64,000 bases of DNA from a bacterium (lineage in GTDB: Bacteria; Zixibacteria; MSB-5A5; GN15; FEB-12), in assembly GCA_043811375.1 (NCBI GenBank), contig JBDRNJ010000065.1, positions 2,278 to 66,277 of the forward strand, read 5' to 3'. Below, piece by piece: positions 1 through 8,806 of this stretch (its first letter is position 1; each line of letters begins with the position of its first letter). The translations under genes were made by a program, and so were the position numbers. The notes beneath the pieces were generated by a model that was given only the letters and a program-made list of their open reading frames with translations, was not told the origin of the DNA and ran no database searches.

Positions 1-2865
1 GGCTGAATCCGGGCCGAAGTTGCCATCTCCGTCGTTAAAAATCACAGAAATATCCTGAGAATTATTATTTGCAGTTGCGAGATCAAGGTCGCCATCACCA
101 TCAAAATCGGCAGCAAAGATGGACCTAGGGTGGTCGCCGACTGAATATTCAGAATGGGTGGAATAGACGGCATTGCCCTGGTTTAATAAAACCGAAACAT
201 TATCAGCAGAACTTTTTGCCATCGCTACATCAATATCTCCGTCACCAGCAAAATCAGCACCAAATAATCGGTTGATAACATTATCAACTGCATAGGTCGA
301 ATCAAGCGTAAAGGTAGCTGGGCTCTCTCTATCGACTACGATCGTAGAAGACCAGATGTGTGGCTTGCTCAGGTGCGCCCCCTCCAACGATTTGATATCT
401 GTAGTCAACACAACTGTCACCACCTCACCTACTACGAAATCATTATTGGGGTCAAGAGTCACTGTCCTTGAGGGAGCATCATAGCTGTAACTCCCCCAAT
501 GCAGACCCGTTGATGAACCACGAACGATGAATGTGGTGCTGTCGAAGGAGGTTGAATCCATATCCTCACCGAACGTCACCATTATGTCACTGGAGGTCGG
601 CACATTCAGTTCGTTCTGGCCGGGGGTGGTGGCCACGACTGTAGGGACAGGGACGTAGATCTTGGTCACAAAGAGATCGTAAAAACCGGGGAAGCTGGTG
701 TCGTAGGCGTCGGGTGTGGTCGGGAAACCGGACTGTGTAGTACCAGTCAAATAGGCCGCCCCGGAGCTATCCACGACGATAGCAGCGCCACGGTCGCCGT
801 TGTTGTCTCCCCCCAGATAGGTGCTGTAGTCGAGGCTATCCCCGGAGCTGCTCAGCTTGGTGACAAAAACATCTTTCTTTCCCTGATCTGTCTGGTACGG
901 GTTTTCAGTGGGGAAATCGATAGAATACGTGTATCCCGTCACATAGGCCGCCCCGGAGGCATCGACTGCGATTCCCTCGCCCCCTTCCGTGGAGTCTCCC
1001 CCCAGATAGGTGCTGTAGATCAGGCTATCTCCCGAGCTGTTGAACTTGGTGACAAAAACATCTGACGTATCCTGATCTGTCTGGTACGGGTTTTCAGTCG
1101 GGAAATCGGTGGAATGCGTTAATCCCGTCACATACGCAAAACCTGAAATATCCACAGCAAGACCATAGCTTAAGTCGTCTTCGCTTCCACCCAGATAAGT
1201 GCTGTAGGTCAGACTGCTGCCGGAGCTACTCAGCTTGGTGACGAACGCATCCCATCCACCCTGGTCTGTCTGATACGGATTCTGAGTCGGGAAATCGGTA
1301 GACTGTGTATATCCCGTCACATATGCCGCACCGGCTGCATCCACCCGGATGTCACGGCCAAAGTCGTTGTTGTTTCCGCCCAGATAGGTGCTGTAGACCA
1401 GGCTGCTGCCGGAGCTGCTCAGCTTGGTGACAAAAACATCATCGCTGCCCTGATCTGTCTGGTACGGATTTTGAGTTGGGAAATCATCGGAACCCGTGTA
1501 CCCAGTCACATACGCCGCCCCTGAGGTATCCACAGCGATGCCAAGGCCCACGTCATGGCTGCCTGAACCCAGACAGGTGCTGTAGACCAGGCTATCCCCG
1601 GAGCTGCTCAGCTTGGTGATAAAAACATCGAAATAGTCCTGATAGGTCTGGTACGGATTTTCAGTCGGGAAATCGGCGGACCATGTTTGTCCCGTTACGT
1701 AAGCCGATCCTGAGGCATCGACTGCGATGCCATTACCTATGTCGGTGGAGCTTCCCCCCAGGTAAGTGCTGTAAACCAGGCTGCTGCCATCGCTGCTTAC
1801 CTTTGTGACAAAAAGATCGGTGCTAGCCTGATCTGTTTGGTACGGGTTCTCAGTCGGGAAATCAGTGGACAATGTACGTCCGGTCACATACGCGGCCCCT
1901 GAGGGATCCACAGCAATGCTGTTGCCATAGTCCTCTCCGGTTCCCCCCACGTAGGTGCTGTAGCTTAAGACCGGGTCAATTATCAGTGCAAATTCAGGGT
2001 TGTAGCCTTCCGCGATCACAAAGCCGAATGCAGTTTCAGACAGGAGACAGTATTCCGAGTCGAGCCGTGTTCTGACACCATTCTGAAGTTGATATACAAA
2101 CGGCTTAAGCTCAGTGACAGTTCCCCACTCGGTCTCGACCACCAGGCGTCCAGCCGCATCTACTGAGAGCGACTTCGCCCCCTCGTAGCTTACCATAATC
2201 TGGTCGGGATCAGCACCGGGGGAGACGATGAAGTCATACTCCATCTGCTTACCATTGCCGTAGTACTTCAGATCAATGCCGGAGTAGATATCTTCATAGA
2301 CGATGGCGCTGTAATTGGGGACATCGGTGCGCCACTTGGCCGGGTCGTTGCCGATGAAGTAGTTGCACTTGTAGTCCAGTATGTCTTCACCAACCATGCG
2401 GGGATTAGGATTAGAACCAACGAAGTTGGCCTTGATCATCATGGTTTCGATGCGGTTGGGTTCATGGTCAGTGAACGTGGCAGATGTGGACATCTGCCGC
2501 CCACGAGCATTTGGTCGCCCTTCGACTCCGCTCACAGGCTCACCTGGTTGGGTGACGCTATTCCCTTTGTAGGTCGGAACCCCTGTGGTTCCGACATCAT
2601 GATCGGATATGTCAGGACCGCCAGGGTCCTGACCTACTGGAATACGTCGGGTGAATTGGTAGTAGGCGCCATCATGCGTAAACCACATAGTGGCACCTCC
2701 GGCGTTGGCGCGGAACAGCACTTTCTCATCCCACTGGCCCTGGTTTTCAGTGAAGGCAAGCGGCATCAACAGGGCGTGGACATCCTGACCGTGCACCGAG
2801 GCGGCACCGGTCAGAATCAGAATTGAAAGCAATAATGTTGAGAATCTCATTGTCTGTCGGGACAT
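1..2865 (-). CDS. Secreted SBBP beta-propeller-repeat / FG-GAP(VCBS)-repeat surface protein; C-terminus runs off the window start
   Basis: Absent from the ORF track because there is no stop in the window, but the minus frame is open from 2865 to 1. ATG at 2865 or 2850 gives (MSRQT)MRFSTLLLSILILTGAASVHG, a signal peptide. This is followed by PLAFTENQGQWDEKVLFRA, then seven ~63-aa repeats YVTGxTxSxDFPTxNPYQTDQ..FVTKLSSSG..L.YSTYLGG, an Ig-like segment, and FG-GAP motifs DFDGDGDLDLA / FNDGDGNFG at 1-300. Confidence 0.8.
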   Translation of the reverse strand, partial: MSRQTMRFSTLLLSILILTGAASVHGQDVHALLMPLAFTENQGQWDEKVLFRANAGGATMWFTHDGAYYQFTRRIPVGQDPGGPDISDHDVGTTGVPTYKGNSVTQPGEPVSGVEGRPNARGRQMSTSATFTDHEPNRIETMMIKANFVGSNPNPRMVGEDILDYKCNYFIGNDPAKWRTDVPNYSAIVYEDIYSGIDLKYYGNGKQMEYDFIVSPGADPDQIMVSYEGAKSLSVDAAGRLVVETEWGTVTELKPFVYQLQNGVRTRLDSEYCLLSETAFGFVIAEGYNPEFALIIDPVLSYSTYVGGTGEDYGNSIAVDPSGAAYVTGRTLSTDFPTENPYQTDQASTDLFVTKVSSDGSSLVYSTYLGGSSTDIGNGIAVDASGSAYVTGQTWSADFPTENPYQTYQDYFDVFITKLSSSGDSLVYSTCLGSGSHDVGLGIAVDTSGAAYVTGYTGSDDFPTQNPYQTDQGSDDVFVTKLSSSGSSLVYSTYLGGNNNDFGRDIRVDAAGAAYVTGYTQSTDFPTQNPYQTDQGGWDAFVTKLSSSGSSLTYSTYLGGSEDDLSYGLAVDISGFAYVTGLTHSTDFPTENPYQTDQDTSDVFVTKFNSSGDSLIYSTYLGGDSTEGGEGIAVDASGAAYVTGYTYSIDFPTENPYQTDQGKKDVFVTKLSSSGDSLDYSTYLGGDNNGDRGAAIVVDSSGAAYLTGTTQSGFPTTPDAYDTSFPGFYDLFVTKIYVPVPTVVATTPGQNELNVPTSSDIMVTFGEDMDSTSFDSTTFIVRGSSTGLHWGSYSYDAPSRTVTLDPNNDFVVGEVVTVVLTTDIKSLEGAHLSKPHIWSSTIVVDRESPATFTLDSTYAVDNVINRLFGADFAGDGDIDVAMAKSSADNVSVLLNQGNAVYSTHSEYSVGDHPRSIFAADFDGDGDLDLATANNNSQDISVIFNDGDGNFGPDSA
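680..1990 (-). repeat. Tandem coding repeats, period ~189 nt (about 7 SBBP units)
   Basis: The motif cttggtgacaaaaacatc recurs at ~857, 1046, 1233, 1423, 1611 and 1800, with ctgatctgtctggtacgg following in most units. The repeats lie inside the CDS at 1..2865. Confidence 0.75.
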
Positions 2866-2974
2866 GTTGTCATCCTCTCAGTGGTGGCCGAGTGGCCTTT
2901 GTGTGACCTCCTGATAGCCAGGTAGTATAACTCGTCGGAACAAGCTGACCGAACCTTAGCTCTACGTAGACAAC

Positions 2975-3003
2975 AATATACGCCTGTTGACAGGCTTTGT
3001 CAA
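2975..3003 (-). promoter_or_regulatory. Sigma70-type promoter for the SBBP gene
   Basis: The minus strand reads TTGACA (3003-2998), a 17-nt spacer, then TATATT (2980-2975). It lies ~100 nt upstream of the start at 2865. The -35 sits in the inverted repeat gttgac-N7-gtcaac. Confidence 0.55.
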
Positions 3004-3110
3004 CAACAATACCGGCATCCGGATGTACCTGAGGCATCACCGATCTTTCGATTAAAAGCTGCAATCCAACAATGAAATGAAGCTCCCCGGATTGAGGAAC
3101 CTTGTGTAAA

Positions 3111-3183
<73 letters not shown>

Positions 3184-3330
3184 TTGACTGGTATTCGGGT
3201 CAGGCCCGTAATATATGATCGGCAAATATAATAGTCCCGTCGACAGATACAAGAGATTTTGATATCTGTAGGCAACAACAGCAGGGCCCTGTTAGTACCT
3301 GAGGGGATAGTTACCAATGGCTGGAATTGC

Positions 3331-3359
3331 TTGCTTCTAACGGTATAATCTCGTATAAT
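3331..3359 (+). promoter_or_regulatory. Candidate sigma70 promoter of the trehalose cluster
   Basis: TTGCTT (3331-3336), 17 nt, TATAAT (3354-3359). A second perfect TATAAT lies at 3344-3349. The site is ~95 nt upstream of the ATG at 3455. Confidence 0.45.
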
Positions 3360-3454
3360 TCGGGTCTATCGAATCAGATGGGATAGTTTGGGCAGAACAA
3401 AGAACGAACAATGGACAGTCAGAAAGTCTATTGTAGCAACGGGATTCTAAAGAG

Positions 3455-4162
3455 ATGGGTATACTGACCGAAAAGATCAACATGCCGTTTAAGATCAAAG
3501 ACTGCACCTTGATCACCCGTATGGGAGGCGTGGAATCAGCTGTCAATCTCCGGGAATTACGGGAGAGGATAGCCGTCTGTCCGGTAGAGTGTCTCTTTCA
3601 CCACTTCTGTGAGACTGTCGTCCGACCGACATTCGATGATCCGGAGTTTCGAAACGATTTCGCTGTCTGGTCGTCGCGAGAAATGCGCGATCGAATTCTG
3701 GCCGAGCGCCTGGGTATTATCAACCCCTACACGTTTGACAATTTTGAGCAACTACGTGAGTTGCTGCTGGAGATAATAGATGAGCGTCTCAGCGAGGCGC
3801 CCTATAACCCCTGGGTACCGGGAGGATCCGATTTCAGATTCATGAGGGCCGTCACGGTGGTTTTCGACTGCGGAGTCAACCTGGCGGTACCGGAAGACCT
3901 GGTTCGCGAACTGCCCAGTTTCACTACCAGTTCCGTCTACTACCATTTCGTGGAAGCCCGGCGGCGAACTCCTGACAAGTCCGATGATTTTTCAGCCTGG
4001 CTGACCGGCTTTGGTTCCGGAACCCGGAAACTGGTGGCTGCATTGAAAGGAATCGACTTCTACTACCTGGCCCTGCCGGAACTTAAGGAGACTCTCATCC
4101 ACGTGCTGACTAATGCCATAACCGAGGTTATCGATGAACAGCAAGTCGCTGGCAGTCTATGA
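3455..4162 (+). CDS. Uncharacterised protein with an internally duplicated ~110-aa domain (from memory resembles DUF5752, which accompanies treT-like genes)
   Basis: Two halves share a pattern: F.F...(V/L)NL.EL...(LF/VY)(H/Y)HF(C/V)E....P....(N)DF(A/S)(V/A)WL/S. The gene is the first in the same-strand trehalose cluster and its end overlaps treT by 29 nt. Confidence 0.6.
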   Translation: MGILTEKINMPFKIKDCTLITRMGGVESAVNLRELRERIAVCPVECLFHHFCETVVRPTFDDPEFRNDFAVWSSREMRDRILAERLGIINPYTFDNFEQLRELLLEIIDERLSEAPYNPWVPGGSDFRFMRAVTVVFDCGVNLAVPEDLVRELPSFTTSSVYYHFVEARRRTPDKSDDFSAWLTGFGSGTRKLVAALKGIDFYYLALPELKETLIHVLTNAITEVIDEQQVAGSL

Positions 4163-5375
4163 AGACGTCGTTGGTTCGGTAGCCGTATCCCAGTTGCGGC
4201 AATTGGCCGGGGATCTTAAGGGTGCTCGGGTGATACACGTCAACTCCACCAAGGCCGGCGGTGGTGTGGCCGAGATCCTACAGTGGCTAGTCCCGCTAAT
4301 GAACGATTTGGGCTTGCAAACCTCCTGGGAAGTGATCGAGGGCCACGGCGAATTCTTCAACGTCACCAAGGCCTTCCACAATGGCCTGCAGGGCAGCCCG
4401 GTCACTTTACGGCAGACTATGCTTGATTGTTACCAGGAAACCGTTGCGGCCAATGCCGATCGTCTGCGACCGATTCTGGAAGAGGCCGATTTTGTTATTA
4501 TTCACGATCCCCAGCCGGCTTTTCTTCTCAACCTCTGTCCGAATCGTCGGGGAAAATGGATCTGGCGCTGCCATATCGACGTCAGTCGACCCGATCGCAA
4601 GGTCTGGAACTACTTGAAGAAGCCGGTGTCCGGCTATGACGCCAGTATCTTCTCAATGCCGCATTTCGCCCAACGCCTGGAACATCCCCAGTTCATAATT
4701 GCTCCCAGTATCGATCCTCTCAGCGAAAAGAATCGGGAACTGACGACTGATGAAATCGGCTCCACCCTGAACGGTTTTAATATCAACCCTGACCTGCCGA
4801 TCCTGACGCAGATATCACGCTTCGATCGCTTCAAAGACCCCCTGGGTGTGATTGAAGCATTTAATATGCTCAACGGATCGGTCGATGCGCAACTGGTACT
4901 GGCTGGAGGCGGCGCTTCGGATGATCCGGAAGGTACTGCGGTATATGAAGAAGTACTGGATGCCGCTCGCGGCAACGAGAGAATCTTCGTGCTCCTGCTG
5001 CCCAGCGATGCTCACCGGACAATTAATGCTCTGCAACGGGCATCTACTATTGTTATTCAGAAATCGCTCCAGGAGGGTTTTGGTCTGACGGTGACGGAGG
5101 CGATGTGGAAGAGCAAACCGGTTATCGGCGGCAACGTCGGCGGCATCCGTCTGCAGGTGCACAACCACTATACCGGCTTCCTGGTTGACACACACGAGGG
5201 AGCCGCCCTGCGAATGCGCGAGATGCTGCGCAAACCATTAAAAATCCAGGAAATGGGTGCCACGGCGCGTGAGTTCGTGACTCACAACTTTCTATTGACA
5301 CGCCACCTGCGGGAATACCTGACATTGATGTCGGGACTGCGACGAGGTCTTGAGAACCATCTGATCGCAGTTTGA
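4134..5375 (+). CDS. treT: Trehalose glycosyltransferring synthase (TreT-type GT4)
   Basis: 413 aa. The motif run VIHVNSTKAGGGVAEILQWLVPLM...FFNVTKAFHNGLQG...WRCHID...PSIDPLSEKN...SRFDRFKDP...DDPEG...QKSLQEGFGLTVTEAMWKSKPVIGGNVGGI matches archaeal/bacterial TreT as I recall it. GAGG lies 8 nt before the ATG. Confidence 0.85.
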   Translation: MNSKSLAVYEDVVGSVAVSQLRQLAGDLKGARVIHVNSTKAGGGVAEILQWLVPLMNDLGLQTSWEVIEGHGEFFNVTKAFHNGLQGSPVTLRQTMLDCYQETVAANADRLRPILEEADFVIIHDPQPAFLLNLCPNRRGKWIWRCHIDVSRPDRKVWNYLKKPVSGYDASIFSMPHFAQRLEHPQFIIAPSIDPLSEKNRELTTDEIGSTLNGFNINPDLPILTQISRFDRFKDPLGVIEAFNMLNGSVDAQLVLAGGGASDDPEGTAVYEEVLDAARGNERIFVLLLPSDAHRTINALQRASTIVIQKSLQEGFGLTVTEAMWKSKPVIGGNVGGIRLQVHNHYTGFLVDTHEGAALRMREMLRKPLKIQEMGATAREFVTHNFLLTRHLREYLTLMSGLRRGLENHLIAV

Positions 5376-5376
5376 A

Positions 5377-6171
5377 TTGGACTCGATGGAAATTATTGAC
5401 CCTCATCTCGAACTCGATTCTTTTTTCAGCAGTCTTTCGAACGCTGACAACCGCGTACTGATGCTGGATTATGACGGCACCCTGGCGCCCTTTCGGATCG
5501 GGCGTACGCAGGCTCTCCCCTACCCCGGTCTCAGGGAAATACTGACCGGTTTGATAGAGCGTCGCCGAACTCGCGTGATTGTCATCAGCGGTCGCCCAAT
5601 ACGGGAGTTGGTGCCTTTGCTGGGACTGGAGCTGTCCCTGGAAATCTGGGGTTGCCACGGCCTTGAGCATCTGTTGACGGATGGAACGCTGCGTTCGAGT
5701 GAACTGCCGATGAAAACTCAGCAGGGTTTGGCTGAGGTTGACACCTGGGTGGGAGCCAACAACCTGGATCAGATCAGCGAGAGAAAGCTATCAGGATTTG
5801 CCTTTCACTGGCGGGGTCGACCGGCCGACGAGGCTGAACGTATGCAAAATCTGATCCTGTCAAGATGGAAACCGGTAGCGGCGAAATACGGGTTGATTGT
5901 GGCTGAGTTTGATGGCGGTTTGGAACTGCGCGCCGTGGCTGCCGGCAAGAAACACCCGGTAAAACGAGTTCTGGAAGAAACGGGGCAGCATTCAGCACTC
6001 GCATACTTGGGTGACGACATTACAGATGAAGATGCCTTTCGTGCTCTGAGAGGACTGGGTTTGAGCGTGCTGGTCCGCCCCGAACGACGGGAAACAGCCG
6101 CTGATTTATGGATAAAACCACCCGAGGAACTCTTTGAATTCCTCAACAGATGGATTAAATGCGGAGGTTAG
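5377..6171 (+). CDS. otsB: Trehalose-6-phosphate phosphatase (HAD family)
   Basis: LMLDYDGTLAP (DxDGT nucleophile motif), ISGRP, GDDITDEDAF. The TTG start is 1 nt after the treT stop; an alternative ATG lies at 5386. Confidence 0.8.
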   Translation: MDSMEIIDPHLELDSFFSSLSNADNRVLMLDYDGTLAPFRIGRTQALPYPGLREILTGLIERRRTRVIVISGRPIRELVPLLGLELSLEIWGCHGLEHLLTDGTLRSSELPMKTQQGLAEVDTWVGANNLDQISERKLSGFAFHWRGRPADEAERMQNLILSRWKPVAAKYGLIVAEFDGGLELRAVAAGKKHPVKRVLEETGQHSALAYLGDDITDEDAFRALRGLGLSVLVRPERRETAADLWIKPPEELFEFLNRWIKCGG

Positions 6172-6174
6172 GTC

Positions 6175-7221
6175 ATGGATGTTTTACAAACCGTCTACTT
6201 CGATAACACCCTGTTGCAATGGATCATTGCGATTGGTCTGGCCATCGCATCCTACCTTGTGATTTGGGCGATTAAGCTGCTCATGGTACGCCGCCTGGCA
6301 GCCGTAGCGGAGCGAACCGCCAGCCAGATTGATGATGTACTGGTGGAAGTTATCAAGCGGACTAACTCGCTCGTGGTTATCATCGTCTCACTCTATTTCG
6401 GTTCGCTGTTTCTGGAGCTGCCGGAAAACGTCGTTCACATAGTAAGGATTATCGTCACCACGGTTTTCTTTATCCAGGTAGCCTTGTGGGGCAACTCTCT
6501 GACCGATAGTCTACTATCCCGGGTTCAGAAAGCGAAGCGCGAAAAGGATCCCGGCAGCGTTTCAGCGCTCGGCGCCATATCCTTTTTTGCGCGGGTAGTG
6601 ATCTGGTCGGTTGTGGCCTTCCTGATACTGGACAACTTCGGGGTAGATATTACAGCTTTGGTGGCCGGACTGGGTGTCGCCGGCATCGCCGTGGCGTTAG
6701 CCGTTCAAAATATACTGGGAGACGTATTCTGTTCGATCGCGATTCTTATGGACAAGCCGTTTGAGGTGGGCGATTTTATCATTGTCGACGATAAGCTGGG
6801 GGCCGTCGAAAAGATTGGCATTAAGACAACGCGAGTGAGGTCGCTCTCAGGTGAGCAGCTCATTTTCTCGAACGCTGACCTGGTAAACAGCCGTATAAGA
6901 AACTACAAACGGATGAATGAACGGCGAGTGGTATTTTCTTTTGGCGTGACGTACCAAACCCCATTACAGAAACTTGAAGCTATACCGGGCGCCGTAAAGC
7001 AGATTATAGAATTGGTAGACAAGACAAGATATGACCGGGTTCATTTTCAGAAATACGGCGATTCCTCGCTCGACTTTGAATGCGTGTACTACGTGTTAAG
7101 TCGCGACTACAATATCTACATGGATATACAGCAGCAGATAAACCTTGCCATTTTCCGTCACTTCAAAAAAGAAGGAATCGAGTTTGCTTACCCAACACAG
7201 ACTCTCTATATTAACAAGTAA
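6175..7221 (+). CDS. MscS-family mechanosensitive ion channel
   Basis: N-terminal TM helices followed by the MscS core GDVFCSIAILMDKPFEVGDFIIVDDKLGAVEKIGIKTTRVRSLSGEQLIFSNADL. GGAGG lies before the ATG, which is 3 nt after the otsB stop. Confidence 0.85.
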   Translation: MDVLQTVYFDNTLLQWIIAIGLAIASYLVIWAIKLLMVRRLAAVAERTASQIDDVLVEVIKRTNSLVVIIVSLYFGSLFLELPENVVHIVRIIVTTVFFIQVALWGNSLTDSLLSRVQKAKREKDPGSVSALGAISFFARVVIWSVVAFLILDNFGVDITALVAGLGVAGIAVALAVQNILGDVFCSIAILMDKPFEVGDFIIVDDKLGAVEKIGIKTTRVRSLSGEQLIFSNADLVNSRIRNYKRMNERRVVFSFGVTYQTPLQKLEAIPGAVKQIIELVDKTRYDRVHFQKYGDSSLDFECVYYVLSRDYNIYMDIQQQINLAIFRHFKKEGIEFAYPTQTLYINK

Positions 7222-7298
7222 GCGGCGGCCAGAGGCCGGCCGGACCGGCGTTGAATCACACCATCAGCAGGTTGCATCAGCCAGTCAGAGAGGAATCG

Positions 7299-8756
7299 AT
7301 GTCGCTGTCAGAAAAACGTTTGCTGGTAGTCTCCAACCGACTGCCGGTAGTGATCAGCAGAAATGATGACCGGTATGAGATAGAACCCGGTTCCGGCGGG
7401 CTGGTAACGGCGCTGGCCCCCCTGATGCGACAGAATCGGGGCGTCTGGGTAGGCTGGCCCGGTTGCGGTCCGGAAGTTCCGGCAGAAACGCTCCTGAGTG
7501 CTCATAGCAGCGACCGAGACTATGAACTCAAGCCGGTGAATCTGACGGATGACGATGTAGGCAAATTCTATCGCGGTTTCTGCAACCGCACCATCTGGCC
7601 GTTGTTTCACGACCTGTTGGGATACTGTGTTTTCGATCTCAATGAGTGGCTGAGATACGTGGATGTGAACCGGCGTTTCGCCGATACCGTAGCAGCTCAG
7701 ATCGAATCCGATAGTTTCGTGTGGGTCCACGACTACCAATTAATGCTGGTCGGTCACTTTCTGCGGGATATGGGTGTCAAGCGGCACATTGGCTTCTTTC
7801 TTCACATTCCTTTCCCTTCCCGCGATCTTTTTCGGCGCTTTCCCTGGAAGATGGAGCTGTTGCAGTGCCTGCTTGAGTATGACCATCTTGGTTTTCAGAC
7901 GCTTCGCGACCGCCGGAACTTCATCCAGTGCGTCAGGGATCTGCTGCCGGAGGCGACCATGCGAACCTCCAGACGCGAGTCGCGGGTGATTTGCGATAAT
8001 CGCACCGTGCGACTGGGCGCGTACCCGATCAGCATTGACTTTGATGAATTCAGCGAGGGTGCCCGATCAAGTGAGGTAGCCGATGCCGCCTGGTTCCTGC
8101 ACGAGAACATTCCCGGCCGTACCCTGGTGCTGGGACTGGATCGTCTTGATTACACCAAAGGTATCCCGGAAAGATTCAAGGCTTTCGAACGGATGCTGGA
8201 GAAATACCCGGACGTGCACGGCAACATTTCTCTGGTCCAGATTGTCATTCCCAGCCGTCTGCTGGTTCCGGACTACCAGGAACTGAAGGAATCTCTGGAC
8301 GCCCTGGCCGGAAGCATAAACAGTCGTTTTTCGCAGCACGGCTGGATTCCCATCCACTACGTGTTTCGTGCTCTTGATCGCATTCAACTGCTGGGCCACT
8401 ACCGAGCCTGCGAGATAGCTCTGATTACTCCCTTGAGGGACGGTATGAACCTGGTGTCCAAGGAATACTGCGCCAGCTCGATCGACAACAACGGTGTTCT
8501 GATCCTTTCCGAGTTTGCCGGAGCGGCCGAACAAATGTCGAAAGCGGCACTTATGGTCAACCCGTATGATATCGAAGGCACCGCCGATGCTATTTACCAG
8601 GCCTATATCATGGACCCGGAAGAGAGGCGGAAGCGGATGAAAGTATTACGTTCCGAGGTGCGACGCAACAACGTCCACAAGTGGATCGATCTGGTTCTGG
8701 GCAACCCGACTCACGTCCGCAGCCAGGCGCCGTCCCCGACTGTAGCTGCCCGGTAA
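7299..8756 (+). CDS. otsA: Alpha,alpha-trehalose-phosphate synthase (GT20)
   Basis: LLVVSNRLPV...GSGGLVTAL...VWVGWPG...HDYQLMLV..LHIPFPS...DRLDYTKGI..NPYD. I prefer the ATG at 7299 (GAGGAA 6 nt upstream) over the track's TTG at 7251. Confidence 0.85.
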   Translation: MSLSEKRLLVVSNRLPVVISRNDDRYEIEPGSGGLVTALAPLMRQNRGVWVGWPGCGPEVPAETLLSAHSSDRDYELKPVNLTDDDVGKFYRGFCNRTIWPLFHDLLGYCVFDLNEWLRYVDVNRRFADTVAAQIESDSFVWVHDYQLMLVGHFLRDMGVKRHIGFFLHIPFPSRDLFRRFPWKMELLQCLLEYDHLGFQTLRDRRNFIQCVRDLLPEATMRTSRRESRVICDNRTVRLGAYPISIDFDEFSEGARSSEVADAAWFLHENIPGRTLVLGLDRLDYTKGIPERFKAFERMLEKYPDVHGNISLVQIVIPSRLLVPDYQELKESLDALAGSINSRFSQHGWIPIHYVFRALDRIQLLGHYRACEIALITPLRDGMNLVSKEYCASSIDNNGVLILSEFAGAAEQMSKAALMVNPYDIEGTADAIYQAYIMDPEERRKRMKVLRSEVRRNNVHKWIDLVLGNPTHVRSQAPSPTVAAR

Positions 8757-8806
8757 TTGAACAACAGCAGCCTGGTGGCATCGGTCACATCTCAAGCAGG
8801 TGTGTA

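Noticed and set aside
680-1990. Regular ~189-nt periodicity checked as a possible CRISPR or satellite array
   Set aside because: The period is too long, there is no repeat/spacer alternation, and the whole stretch is one open reading frame encoding SBBP repeats.
8681-8806. N-terminal extensions given by the ORF track: 8681 for CHAT, 13205 for the giant protein, 28341 for ybeY, 40024 for panD, 45187 for S8, 13043 for the sigma factor, 38635, 18736, 59935, 17605
   Set aside because: The extensions overlap upstream genes or promoters, lack an SD, and place signal peptides or conserved N-termini far from the start. Internal ATG/GTG codons with SD sequences give canonical N-termini.
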